Assembly (NCBI GenBank): GCA_004764695.1
Contig: SMSO01000032.1
Coordinates: 8,588,483 to 8,652,482, forward strand
Origin: Schizochytrium sp. TIO01
Lineage: Eukaryota > Protista > Bigyra: Labyrinthulomycetes
Direction: 5' to 3'
Length of the DNA stretch: 64,000 nucleotides
The notes under the pieces were generated by a model. The model was given only the letters and a program-made list of their open reading frames with translations, had not been told where the DNA came from and ran no database searches. The position numbers were made by a program, and so were the translations under genes. Shown piece after piece: positions 23,870 to 36,480 of this stretch (positions are counted from its first letter, which is position 1; each line of letters opens with the position of its first letter).

Positions 23870-24330
23870 CTGCCCGGGCAAGCTCAAACCGCCAATAAGC
23901 ACGCTCGTAACTTCGAATGAGGAACTACAACGTGCAGTTGCGCTATTCGATGACGAAGACGCGGGAGCGAATTCTTGAGCTCCAGAAGAAGGCCTTTCCA
24001 TTTGTTTCTCTAAAAGACGGAGATGGTTTATGATGAAACAGCGAGTGTACCTGTCTACCAGTCGCTATTACAGGATGATCGGAGCCCTAAGTCTTAAGCC
24101 CTCGTGGGGCAGGAACCAGAAGTTCCCACTGCATCATTTGAAACCTGCAGCGAGTCAGGCTCGAGAGTGTTGTGTCGAACGAGATTATTTCAGGCGCAAT
24201 CAGGATCGCAATCAACGCCCATGAGTGTCGTGCGTAACTCGGGTCACAAGGCCTCGAGATGAATTCACCAAGCTTTTCCAAATCTGCTCTTGCTTCAAGC
24301 AAGTTTTCTGCATTACATTTCACATCTTCA
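23870..24330 (+). mobile_element. Decayed tyrosine-recombinase fragment
   Basis: Frame-shifted pieces TANKHA / VTSNEELQRAVALFD and GAIRIAINAH..LGSQGL (putative eroded HxxR box), the latter resembling VRIAIAARK..TFHSAR at 36064-36135. Confidence 0.3.
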
Positions 24331-25431
24331 GAACCTCCAGAACGTACTAAGTAGTTTGCTGGCGTTCCATGCTTTTATTTTCTCTCCGAGTCATGCTACT
24401 TTTTATTAATGTTAAAAATAAATAATTTAATAATAATAATAATAACACCTCTAAAAAAGCACTACTGTGATTTTTAAAAATAATGGCTTGAAATACTAAA
24501 ACCTTCAATTTTCAATTTAAAACATAACGAAACTAAATACTTTACAGAAAGAGAAACACCACGAAAAGACTCCTTTCGGAGAATCCTCGCCATGACGGAA
24601 CGGGACACCTCCCAGGTTTCCCATATCCGCCTCTATTAGTAGTAACAATGTGCTACGTACTCTAGAGGTAGGTAGGTTCACAGTCGCTGGCTGGCCTTTA
24701 TTTATATATGAAGCATATACACTCCATAGCTCTGGGGAACTCACCAATTAACAACAGCCCTTTCCACTCCTTGCTTTGACAACCTCCCCTTATTGCACTC
24801 TAGTTCCAGTGCTGACCGCCTACCGCTGCTTTGTGACACCCACTTTGGCTGCCTTGGCTGCGCAGGTGCGCCAGTAGGCATTCTCGTTGGGTGTTATTTC
24901 AAGATAGTGAGCACTTATCGATTGATTGATTCACTGATTGACTGATCGTTGGTTTTAGTGCAAAGTGAGTGTCTCAGGAATGCCTCGCACAAACAAATAA
25001 AGGAGTGAGAGCGGGTCGAGGTTCTTCGTTCTCTAGGGACTCTTACAGTTTGCAGTAACTAGATGCCTCTATCGACCAATTACACAGATCGATCCGTCCA
25101 TCAGTCAATCAATCAATCAATCAATCAATCGAAAGTCGCTCTAAATCGTTATGGATGGTGCCTTAATCGAAGAGACCATCTCAAGTCAGGCCGAGAGCAG
25201 GGCCTATTCGTCTTTTGGTCGACTTGGGGAAACTCCTTATGCATCGAAATTAGCCCATGATTTATAGCCAGATGTCAGCCGATTGAATAGCCAGGCTCAA
25301 GGTCAGCAGGAACTCCTCTCTTTTGCTATTGGAGTTGAAACATCACGAAAGCGGAGCAGGAATCCACCGTTCCTAGGTATTCTTTCCATAGTTTCCATCC
25401 ACGGAAGAAATTTATTTATGTTTGACCGATC

Positions 25432-25715
<284 letters not shown>

Positions 25716-26889
25716 TTGATTGATTTATAAGTGGGAAAGAGAGAAATAAAACACATTAATCAATCGATAATCAATCAATCGCCTCTTAGTAATAGTGGGT
25801 ATCTAGATGTCCTTAATGAGCTCCCTACAACTTATTTGCTTCCCAACTTCTACTCATCTGTGTACATACTACTGCTACGGTGGAGGCGGCCACCCGCGGG
25901 TTGCTCTCTCACGGGTCACGGCGCTCCGGCTCTGATGAAAGGCTCTTCAGGGCGGGCGTCACGAGGGCCTCCAGGACCTCCGGGCGCTAGGCGAGGCAAG
26001 GCAGGGCTAGGCGGCCAGCCTCCGGGTCCGCCTGCGTCGATTGCGCCCTGCTGCTTTGGCCGCGGGTGGCCTTTCCGCTATCCCTGTAAATCCATGTCTG
26101 TGCATACGTAGCTACTCTCAGTTCTCTGTTCTCTGTTCGCTCCATTGGCCAAGCAGAGCGTTTCCTTTCATGCAGAGACTTACTTATAGCGGCCAATTCT
26201 TCACTTGCAGCAGCGCGATAAGTCACTGTGCCCAAGTTTGTTCCATTGGCGCCGCCGCAGGGAACTGGGAAATAAACACGTCTCACCTCGGAGTTGCTTT
26301 GATAGACTGTGAGGGCGGAAAAGAAGAAGAAGAAGAAGAAGAAGAAGAAGAAGAAATAAGCAGAGAGAAAGAATCTCGGAGAAAGAAGGATCCGGGATCT
26401 GCGCCTGCTTATGCGTGGTACGCACCTGGCTAGCTAGCTGAAGGGCCAGTAGATAAAGGCTGCCACGAGACGGCGCTGTACCGGCACCCGTAAAGCGACG
26501 CCCTCACGCGCTCGGGCTGCTGCTATTACGAAGCACGAAGGAGATCTTTCGCTGCTCCGGCGGCGCAAATATCGATTCCCTGCTTTTCTTCTCTCTTGAT
26601 GGGTGCTACGAGTAATCCCTACTGGATACCATCTAATGATCCTTTCAATTGCCCATTTATTCAATTAGTCATTCAATTCATCAATCAAAAATTAAATTAT
26701 TCTTTCAATTAATCAATCAATCAAAATCCATCAATCAACCAATCAACTCAATCAATAACTTTTGTTCACCTCATGTAGAGAAAACCATAGACGTATACTA
26801 TCTTTTAATAGGTTAATAAAACAAACGTTTGAAGCATCATTATGCAGGATTTCTACCGGGGGTTCAGGAAGACACCCCCCCCCCCCCCC

Positions 26890-27150
26890 TGTGGGACACC
26901 TCAATCCTGTCTCAGTGCAGTAAGACGCGCCGAACGAGCCCAGAATGAAGAAACCATCACTTGATTCTTCTCTGATTTAAAACTTGAGAGAAGCTCAATG
27001 CAGGAGGAGCATATGCCCTCAGGCCGGCGGTGACGTTCAACTTGGGCCAAAGTCGAGCGTCGTTCACTTTGGGCTTGCGAGAAGGGGCGCGGAGTAAGGC
27101 AAACGAGGTGGCTAACCTTGGAGATGCGTCGACTGCCATACAGATTCACT
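26890..27150 (+). mobile_element. Decayed tyrosine-recombinase N-terminal fragment
   Basis: GTPQSCLSAVRRAE resembles the T.xSYLSAVR SAM-like helix of DIRS YRs; downstream, in a shifted frame, FTLGLREGARSKANEVANL resembles the G-x-R-x-x-E-x-x-x-L box. Confidence 0.35.
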
Positions 27151-27514
27151 CACAGTAACGTTGAAGAAACTAACAAAGAAGCAAAGAAGCAGAAGGAAAG
27201 AAAGAAAGAACGAACGAAAGAACGAAAGAACGAAAGAAAGAGAAAAAGCAGCTCCTTTCAGGACTAGTGCGAGCTATGCATTTGGGGCCTACGCCTAACC
27301 AATTAGTACTTATTTCAGCCAATTCTTTGTACTTTGCAGAACTTTTGAAGCGTTAGAGGAACGAGTTCGTCAGCTCTTTCTCTATTGAAGGGTGGCTAGC
27401 CCCGTTCCTAGCTCTTGGGTAGCTAGCTCCTAGGTAGAGAGGCGCTATGAGGACACTAGGCGCGCGGTAGTACCCACTGGTAGGAGCGCTAGTATGGTGG
27501 GTAATTACATGCGG

Positions 27515-27712
27515 GAGCCGCAGATGTAGTGGTAAAACTCGCTGTTGAATTGGAGTCTAAGATCGCGAGTTCGAGTTTGCGAGGACAGACCAAGAGTCGG
27601 CCGAGCTGAGGCCCGAAAAGGCTTCAGCTGAAAGGCATTACATCGGATCCGGTACGACACTCAGGGCCTTCGACGCGGATTGAGCAGCCGCGAAAGCGCT
27701 GCGCGGATTGGT
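27515..27712 (+). other. tRNA-like Pol III promoter (A/B box) followed by GC-rich hairpins; possible SINE head or ncRNA
   Basis: TGTAGTGGTAA (A-box-like, ~27525-27535) and GAGTTCGAGT (B-box-like, ~27567-27576) at tRNA-like spacing, without a valid cloverleaf; downstream stems AGCTGAGGCC/GGCTTCAGCT and CGC-GAAA-GCG. Confidence 0.35.
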
Positions 27713-30700
27713 AGTCTTGATTTTCGATTCTTCTTCTTCTCGCTAGCGCGGCATTATGTTACTTAGTAAAGTCGCATCTTTCTCATCATGAGGGGTCTTC
27801 TCTTGTAGTAACTAATACATGGCTAGGTACCTGAAAATATAGTGATATTTGGCGCTTATCTGGGCGACGCGGACTCGAAGAGTTTCCAGTGGGGCAGTTT
27901 CTTCGTGAGTGAACAGCTGCGGGGGTTCTCGCCTTTATACTCACAGCGTAGCTACCAACATCGGCGAAATAACATATTTTAATCAAAATCTCCGAGTATA
28001 CAGAACTCCCGCAGCAAGCATATTACATGTTATTTTTTTATATTAGAGATGACGGACACAATATGTCTTTGGACGTTACTTTGTTCTGGCCGCCCACTCC
28101 TCGTCTAAGGGAGTTTCAAGCAAGGCAAACTTTACAGTGAAGTCTGAGGGCGGCCGAGGCATCTTTTATGGTTACATTCAATGCAGGGGACAGGTAACCT
28201 TCGTACTTTTCAATAAAGTAACGTCTTACAAGCTCCATTTGAATAACATCTGCCTAGGTAGTACTATTAGGAGCATCGAAAAAATGGTACCCTTCCCAAT
28301 AAGTATCGCAATTACTACTATTAAAAAACTGTATTAAAAAAAAAACTCATTGTTTAAAATTAAAAGTTTTCTTTTTTTCTTTTTAATGAAATTGTGCTTG
28401 TTTTTAAAAGGAAATTGAAAGAACCTATAATAGAACAGATAGAACACATCGGACATAGGGTTTGGTTGATCTTGTTTTACTCAGCAATTCTTTCAAGTTG
28501 ACGTTTGCTGGCCTGAGAGTTTTCAATTTAAAATAAGAAATATATCTTATTTCATCAAAATGGTACTTGAAACGTAGAGGTTAGTTTTTCCGACAAAAAG
28601 GTTTTTTCATTCTTTTTAATTATTATATTTTAATTTTCTAAAAATGAAACTGCAAATATATAGAAGCCACGATGTGTCTGAGACGCCAACCAAAAACATC
28701 ATCTTCTTCGCAACGAGAACCAACGTAATTGTAAATATGCAAGTCATGCAACGGTGCCAAGTACTAACTTCAATTGAGTTGAGCAGTTTGCAAGAATACA
28801 GAGGAGCACATATCCACTGGCAAGAAATACCCAACACCTGCTAGAATTATGACTACCCAGGATCTGAAAAACTGGGATCGTCTCGATCAGATGCGGAATT
28901 GTCCTCTAGAGTAGCTGAAAGCAGAAACATCATCCATCAGTGCAAAATCATTCTGACTTTGACGCTACGTTTAATGTCTTTTGCACCAGCAATATACAGA
29001 CAGTCAGGTACCTAACTCCGACTGTTGTGGAGCTTTTCCGTTTGTCAGCGGATAAATGTTGATGGCAGTTGGAGCAGGATGCAAACGCCAGGAAGGATGC
29101 AAAACGAGCAGATAAAAGCGCGTGTTGGATCGAGGATCGTTTGCAAAAGAACACCATGCCTCGTAAAAGCAGTTCAAAGAAGAACGTGAAATATCATTTT
29201 CTGAAGGTACCTACCTTCTAGGTCCTACGTTTGTCAGAATTTTCAGGCATGGTGCAGATTTTGGTATTAGGTGAATGATGTATCTATATATCATACATTT
29301 CGCATGTCCATCTCTTTGGTAATTTGCTTCATGGAAGGGCTCCAAGATTGATTCATTGTATTCTTCCTCCCAGCTTAAGCGATAGGCAAAGCTTGGAGTT
29401 AGATTAGAATCACAATCCTCACGTTTCAGACTTGGTGCTGATGAGGTGCAGGAGCTTTTGAGAGTATTCGGCCACAACTCTTTCAAATGCAGGCGCTTGA
29501 TTGGGTGTAGTAAGTTCTATTTTGTCAGATCTGTTTAATTACTGAAGGCTTGATTGAGACACAACGTACGCACCCAACGCGTGCTCTCTGTAGTACGACC
29601 TGAGTAGTATTTATCTGGCTGTAGAACCAGGAGAATTACCTACCTACCTTCTTCATCAAACAACAAAGAAAGATTGAAGAACCAGAGTGAGCAGAGAAAA
29701 AGAATAAGGAAGTGATGTTATAAAAGTTGAGCAACCTACTGCATCTCAAACAATCGTGAAAGCTAGCCACTGTTCAAAGCAACGGAGACGAGGAGGAATC
29801 TATAACCTTCTTTGGTCGACGCGAGATATGACAGGTACACACCTTTGAAAATCCTTGAATCCCTCGATCATTGATCTCATGACGATATTTCTAGATGCAT
29901 TGCAGCCCACGTCGGAATGTGTGCACGCTGGGCACCTCACAGAGGACAAGGATGAGGAGCCTCCGGTACTTCCTTGGTTTCCGAGCTGGCACTTGCCAAG
30001 CTACACTAAAGGAAAGTTAGCTCACTCAAGAGACAAAACTTAATACATTCCCCGTATGAGCCAACTTGAATGGACCAAAGTTCCATTCCCGCACACCTCA
30101 CCTGAAACATTTGTAATTAATCAGCTGCCGCGTGCTCAAGCCTCTCTCTCGCTGAGTCTCACGTGTGATACTAAAGGCGAATGCAGGGCAGGGCAAGAAG
30201 AAAATGTAGTAGCTCAGCTCGAAACTGCCTCTGAAGTGGTCAAATTGGGGAATATACACCGGGGGCATTTTTCGATGCCATTTCTGGTTTTTGTCATGAA
30301 CGAACTTGCACCCCGAGAGATCACCGCTTTAAACCAAAGTCACGGCCATCTCCAGTTGTGCAGTAGGCCTCCTCAGCTATGAAATAGCCCATTCGATCGC
30401 GGAGGTTATCACCATCGATGATGCCTCCGCACCTGCATTTCACTGTTAAGCGCTCCGCGCGTGCACGTTTCTTCACTCCGGAGTCATGGCTGCAAAAAAT
30501 AAGAGAGAAAACCTCTCTCTTTCTCTCTCTCTCTCTCTGTCATAGTCTTCAATAGCGCTTGAGTATATTCGGCATGTGCTGTTGAAAGAGGGAGTGTGCG
30601 CTTGTAAGTGCTTCGGCTTCAGATTGAACTGCGAGTGCACAAGTGAGCGAGCTAGCTCAGCCACGCCTCTAAGAAAGCGGGCTGCGCTCGCGCTGCTGCG

Positions 30701-31719
30701 TTGCATAGACAGTGAGGTGTCTAGGCTCCGAGCTGCTCGCGGTCCAGCGTAGCTCGAGGGAAACTAGCAGGGCGTAGTCCACTGTCCAGCTGCAGCAGCA
30801 CGTAGGCGGCAGAGGGCTCTTCTGGCTGGCAATTCTTCGCACTCTTTATGGGCATCCATCTCCTTAGTATCCTGGAGTTTGTGACTTACCTTCTTTCCTC
30901 CTTCTTCTCTTCTCTTCTCTTCTCTTCTCTTCTCTTCTTGAGATCGGTGAGAATATGGGCATCGCAAAGAGGTCGAGCTTCAGTTTGAGGTTGGGCTTGC
31001 AGAAACTGGGACAGAGTAGGCTGGAGACTGATAAGCTAATGTGCAAAGGCCCAGGGAGGGCAATCCATGTTTTCATGCCGCTGCGACGTAGGACTCAGTT
31101 TCGATGTACTTTCTTTTGAACAATCAAGAAACCAAATTATGCAGATCATTATAGCACTTCCTTCCATCCACACACTAGGTACTACCTCTATCATACAAAC
31201 CATCGGCAAAGACTTCGTCGGAAAAACGTTTTTAATGTTTTGGTTTGCTTTGGTTTTTTACCCACTCACGAGCAAGAAATGTCGTTCACCCCTTTTTTCC
31301 TTAATCCGCCTGTAGCACTGAAGAAACTTTTCGTTTTCATTTTTCTTTTTTTTTTTTTTTTTAATATTTAAAGAAAATAATAATAATAAATAAGCAATGC
31401 TTGGAGAACGTTTTTATTTTCAAAGCAAGGAGAACGTTCTCTTGGCGATGATGACAGTTTTTATTTTAATAAAAAGAAGGAGTAAAAACTACTCAAGCGA
31501 TGGTAGGTTTCTTCTGCTTCGGGACTTTCTTTCCTCTCATGCAACACCCAAAGTGCTCCTTCTTCTCCTCCCCGTTCCTCTTCCATAGGTACTCGAAGCT
31601 GATAATCCGCCGTGTTTGAACAATCAGAACCACGTGCAAAAGTGAATGATGCCTTTATATATTGTGAGTAATACGGTGGGCTAAGGTTCGCTCTTGTATC
31701 AGTAGCAGGGTAGTGTACT

Positions 31720-32170
31720 AGGTAGGCGCCCGAGATTCGGACGGCACGTCGGTCATTGCTACTTATCCATTTCGTTATTCCCAACACCTTCATGGTACCT
31801 CTCCTGGGCAAGCAAACTTGGGCAAGCAAGATGTCGCTTTCACGTGCAGAGTTTGCTATTCACTTACTTCAAGGTATCATCAATTCTGGGCTTGGAGCAG
31901 ACCATCTCGAAATCTTGGTGGACAGCTTACTTTTGATACAGCAGATCACTTCAAGCTCTTCGCAGCATCTCTTGAGCCAATCAAATGAGACCAAATCAAA
32001 TCGAATACCGAGCGAGCGAGGGAGCGAGAGCCTGTTGACATCCTCCTCCACACGGGCTGCCTGCCTGGCCCTGAGACGTGGCAAGCTTGCACTTGGTGTT
32101 GGGCAAACCAGATTATCCTCCTCGTTGGAGCCCATTTCGTGAACCATGCGAATCGAACTTGCACCACCGA
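31720..32170 (-). mobile_element. Decayed DIRS-type RT/RNase H fragment
   Basis: Minus-strand pieces ACHVSGPGRQPVWRRM (cf. AC.V..PGR.F.RRM), VFDLIW (cf. DL.WW) and KWISSNDRRAVRIS (cf. W/H-I-x-x-x-x-N-x-x-A-D-x-x-S-R) in the expected order. Confidence 0.4.
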
Positions 32171-32519
32171 AACCGAAGAGAGGTCTCCATCATCACTGCG
32201 AAATGTCTCACTGACTCACTCACTCACTCACTCACCCACGCACTGACTTGCTGAGCACCGAAGAGCCCAACCCGATCTTAACAACGCCCGCCCGAATTGC
32301 CACACGCTTCAGCGGCGTCGGAGCTTTGGGGTGCCCTGAGTTGTGGTGCACGGGTCTCTCAAAACTAGGCTCATCAAGCCACGAAGGTGTCTCTGAGAGT
32401 GAGTTTACATGCAGGTACCCAAAGACCTACGTGCATGCATGCATCATCGAAGGCGAGCAAGCAAGCACCAAGCACCAAGCAATCGTGAAACAGCGAATGC
32501 ACTGCATGCATGCATGCAT

Positions 32520-32860
32520 GCATGAAGTCCATATCATGAAATACTCGTCATGACGAATGGCGATCGAGGCGCTTGGAGCGTCGATGGCGGAGGTTCAACT
32601 TGCTTGCAGGCGATCAACTGTCTGCCGGTGAAAGGTCGCTTCTCTCTAAACAATGTGCAAGATGGCATGGAGTGAACGTATGTATCATTCTTGAGACTTG
32701 AGGACAAATAAATTGTCTGCCTCCGCAAGACGTGCACGTGACACCGGCCCATGTAAGAGGTCGAGGGCCTGCCTGCTACACGAAAGGAGCGAAATGCGAG
32801 AGAGCGGAGGCAATGTTGGGAGAGGACCGACAGGGGCAAGGGCGATTTGACTGACTGTGA
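32520..32860 (+). mobile_element. Decayed tyrosine-recombinase C-terminal fragment, homologous to 36120-36480
   Basis: VHIMKYSS*RMAIEALGASMAEVQLACRRS approximately fits H-x-x-R/K...G.....I...GRW.S spacing; shares TGGCnGAGGTTCAACTTG and AAGrGCrATTTGACTG blocks with 36184-36477 at similar spacing. Confidence 0.45.
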
Positions 32861-33380
32861 AAAATGTGGCAACAGCAAACCTCAAAAGGTGTCCGCCTTT
32901 GAGAACGCTCAGCGAGCAGCTTGTTCTTTTTCTTTTTTCCCCCCTCGTTTTTGGTCTTTCTTTCTTCATAGTTTCTCCGACAATCTCTTACTCAAGAAAG
33001 AGCTCTTTTAAAAGCTTTCTTTAAACCCTTTTTAATTGAAAAGCATTTTTTAATTTAAAGTTATTTATTTTTAATGAGGTCACGGTCTTTTTCTCCTGAA
33101 TAGAACGACAGAGGATCTGAAATCAGCAATAAGTTTTAATAAAGTTAAACAAATTTTGATCTCTGGGGTATAGATAAAGTAGGTAGTAGTTACTTTTTTT
33201 TTTGGAAAGCTTATTAGTAAAATAAGGGGACTCAAAAGTTTTACCGACGTGATGCCTAAAATCTTCTATGGATTACCTATAATACAAAAGAGTTTATTAT
33301 TGGCATAGGATGATTGTTATTTAACTCGAACTATGATAATGGCTACTCGAAAGTAAATGTTACGAATTTGTTTTTAACTT

Positions 33381-36300
33381 TTAGAAGAGCTCGAGGAGAA
33401 AATTGATGAATGGCACGCTTTCGGAAGAGCTCGTTCGGTGGATGCGCGTGCTAATTGTGGTTCGGGTTCCATCACAATATAGAGACAGGACCAAGTAGAG
33501 TATTTTAGATAGCGTACTGACGATAGCGGACACTTCACTTTCAAAAGGGCAGAACAAAGTAGGGTATTTAAACAACCAAACTTGAGGAGCTCGAATCCCG
33601 CGATGACGGCCATCACATATCATCGACATGAAGACGCTGTCTTGGAGCACATCCTTCGAATTACATAGACTCGCAGCCGAGAGGAGTAGCGCTAGTGCAT
33701 TGGGCTGTCAGTCTGAAGCTTTGCGAGCAAAGGCTTTCAATGATGCCTTCCTCGTTGGCACTCATGATGCATCCCCTCACTGTTTCACCTTGGAAATAAA
33801 GATGAACAAGCTCATAGGTGTCGCATACATGCTATAAACCGGCCGGCGGCTCTGCGAAAGGTGCATCTAGTAGCGTCTCTGGCATGGACCATACTCTGGC
33901 ATGGACCATACTCCGCATTCGCCACTCCGCCGCCTCCGCCTCCTCGTTCCGAAGTCTTCGCAGCCACAAGAACGAAGCAGAGCAATCATAATACGAAGAA
34001 CCGGAGAAAGCCAATGTGGTACCCCTGCAAGGGGAGAACCGGCGCCGTGGATACCGTTTACAGTGATGGCTCTTAGTCCAGTGCAGACTACGTCTGAGTT
34101 CTCCAAGGGCGCGAACGCCGGCGTGCGGGAAGAATTGGGCTCGGGCTGAGAGAAGAAGACCTTGACGCCGTTGAACCCTGCCGCCAAGGGCGTCGCGAAG
34201 AACCTCGGCATCGCCACGATCATCAACCATCGAACTCGATGGCAGCAGCGGTAAATCTGAACCCATCGCTGGCGACAGCTCGACGCTCTGGGAGACCTTC
34301 TCGAGCTCTAGCTGTCCAGGACCTGGTTCAACGCTTGGGCGTCAGTGCGGGCACGTTGCAAGCTGCACGAGCTGCACGGGCTGCACAGGCTGCATGAGCT
34401 GCATGAGCTGCATGAGCTGCACGTCGACCCGCGAGGCCCAGCGGCTAGATTTTTGCGGCAAGGCGAGCGAGGAAGAAGCTCATCGCGATGGCAAGTTAAG
34501 CGAAGAATTCGACGGTCCGTGCGATCCTTTGTCATGAGGCGCTCTTGATTCCGGTGAAGCCGAGGAGGCTGGGCCTCGTACGCGCCTGCAAACGCGCCAG
34601 TAAGACGAGCCTGAGCTGCGCTCAAGCGGAGACGGCGAGGGCTGCTTGCCTGCGTGCGTGCATCCACGCACGCACCAGGCGAGGCATCTCGAGCGCTTCC
34701 TTACAAAGGTTTTGGAGATGCTGCGGTTTGGAGCCGAAGGATTTGAAAATTCAAACGCGAGTTCTGCTTCGAAATTCAAAAACAGCGGCATTCATTTGTA
34801 GAGTGTGGGAAAAGGAATAGACTCAACAAACGAAATCCTCGCCTGAAGCCGAAGGACGGCCAATGCGCGGTGGGGCTTCGATAGATAGGACGACAGCGGC
34901 CTGGCGGCAGGAGAAGAGAGCGGCGGCAAGCAAGGCCTGCTTGCCATGCTCAGAACGGCGCCTCAAAGCAATTCGGCGCTTCCATGCGTAAATTGAAACG
35001 AAGATTGACAATCTCAGATACAAAAATAAACATTTTTTCACCCTATTTTTCTAAATTGCAATGTTTTTACTTCAAACAACTTTAGAGAAAGAACAAAGAG
35101 TTTAAAACGTTATTTTTGAATAACTCATTCTAATTTTAAAAGAAAAAAGAAAAATGCTCGCAAAAACGATTTTAAAAGGAGAAAAGAATGCAGAAGTTGA
35201 AAAAGCAATAAATTTAAATTAATTTATTTTAAAAATAAATGCCGCCTGTCTCTCTGTTTGTTTGGATGGAAGAGGAAAACGATTAACAATTACGCTGCTG
35301 CCGTCTGAATTATTTTGAATTCTTGAAGAGCGAGTGAAACGCGGATGCCAAATCGCAGAGTCCTCCGCGCGTATCGATGTTTCCAATGCGGAGGACGCCC
35401 CCGTTTGAAATGGCAGACCCGAAGGCGAAAGCTCTGGGACGAATGGGATGGGATGCAGTTTTTGAAAATTGAATTCAAATCGCGCGGCAAACAGGCAAGA
35501 TAAGATCTCTGAGAGAGCTTTGCGCCGCGCGAAGCATTCATTGAAATGCCGGTTCGCTCGCTCCGTTGGGATGATGCTCCACGAGGAGAGCGAGCCGAAC
35601 AGCCGCGCGGGGCAACTGGCCTTGAGCTTCGCGACGCAAGAGAAACATTGGGACTGGTGACGGCTCAAGCTGCAGGGATTGGCTCTTGTCAAACGAAGGC
35701 AGAACCGCTTCTCCTCGAGAGGAGCCCCGGGAAGGCCTCGCCGAGGGACCACGTCGAAGCGCGGCGGCGACGGCGGAAGCGAGCGAGCGAAAGCAGCACG
35801 CGACGGATTAGATTCGGCCCCGAACAGCGAAGGGAACGCAGCAAGCGGGCGGGCTTCAGGGCTCAGCGGTAGTACCCATCACGAATCACGAGCGGGTTTG
35901 AGAGGCGCGGATTCCAAGTCTGAGGCAGATATGATGGAAAGAAGGAGCGACAGAGACCGACCGGATTCTGCTGGCGGGGATTCTTCAGCCTTGCGAGCGA
36001 CAGGTTGGGAGAGACAAAGGTCTGATGCCTGAGTGAAGGCGACCCTGCGTGGGCTCAAGCCCGGTGCGGATTGCCATTGCCGCCCGCAAACTGAGATTGG
36101 ACTTGAACGCGAACGTCACATTTCATTCAGCCCGGATTCCAGCAGACCCAGCTCGCTGGACTTTGATGTGGCGCACATCAGCGTGGCTGAGGTTCAACTT
36201 GAAATTGCAATGAGAGAGGCCGCTGATTCCGCCGTGAACTCGGTCGATTGGGCAGGAAGAACCAAGCAACCCTGGCTCTGACATGGACGGAGTGAAATGG

Positions 36301-36480
36301 CCGAATGAACGAGCTCGAGGGCGGAGATAATCCTGCCCTGGGATGATCTCCAGAGCAACGCCAGGATCCACCGCTTAGAAGAAGGGCGAGTGAAATAAAG
36401 GTGCTCGTGCTCGTGCTCATTGTGGTGCAGAATGAGCTAAAAAGGAGCAAAGTCCGCGTGAAGAGCAATTTGACTGGTAG
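33381..36480 (+). mobile_element. Near-complete, heavily decayed DIRS-type (YR) retrotransposon: RT - RNase H - tyrosine recombinase
   Basis: Ordered eroded motifs across frameshifts and stops. RT: EEKIDEWHAFG (33393), AKAFNDAF (33727), ASPHCFT, VYSDG (34056; YxDD), EELG..*EKKT..P..NLGI (34129-34212), VDPRGPAARFLR (34423). RNase H: ASLQ/GFG (34695), IDRTTAAW (34881). YR: KTINNYAAAV (35276), LRWDD, IAARKLRLDLNANVTFHSAR (36076-36135). Confidence 0.6.

Noticed and set aside
25928-25990. CTGATGA hammerhead core (also ~37159, ~39615 and an eroded look-alike near 27600)
   Set aside because: No properly placed stem II + GAAA and no cleavage-site helices.
28640-29490. Coding-like stretch
   Set aside because: Stops in all frames and no identifiable family.
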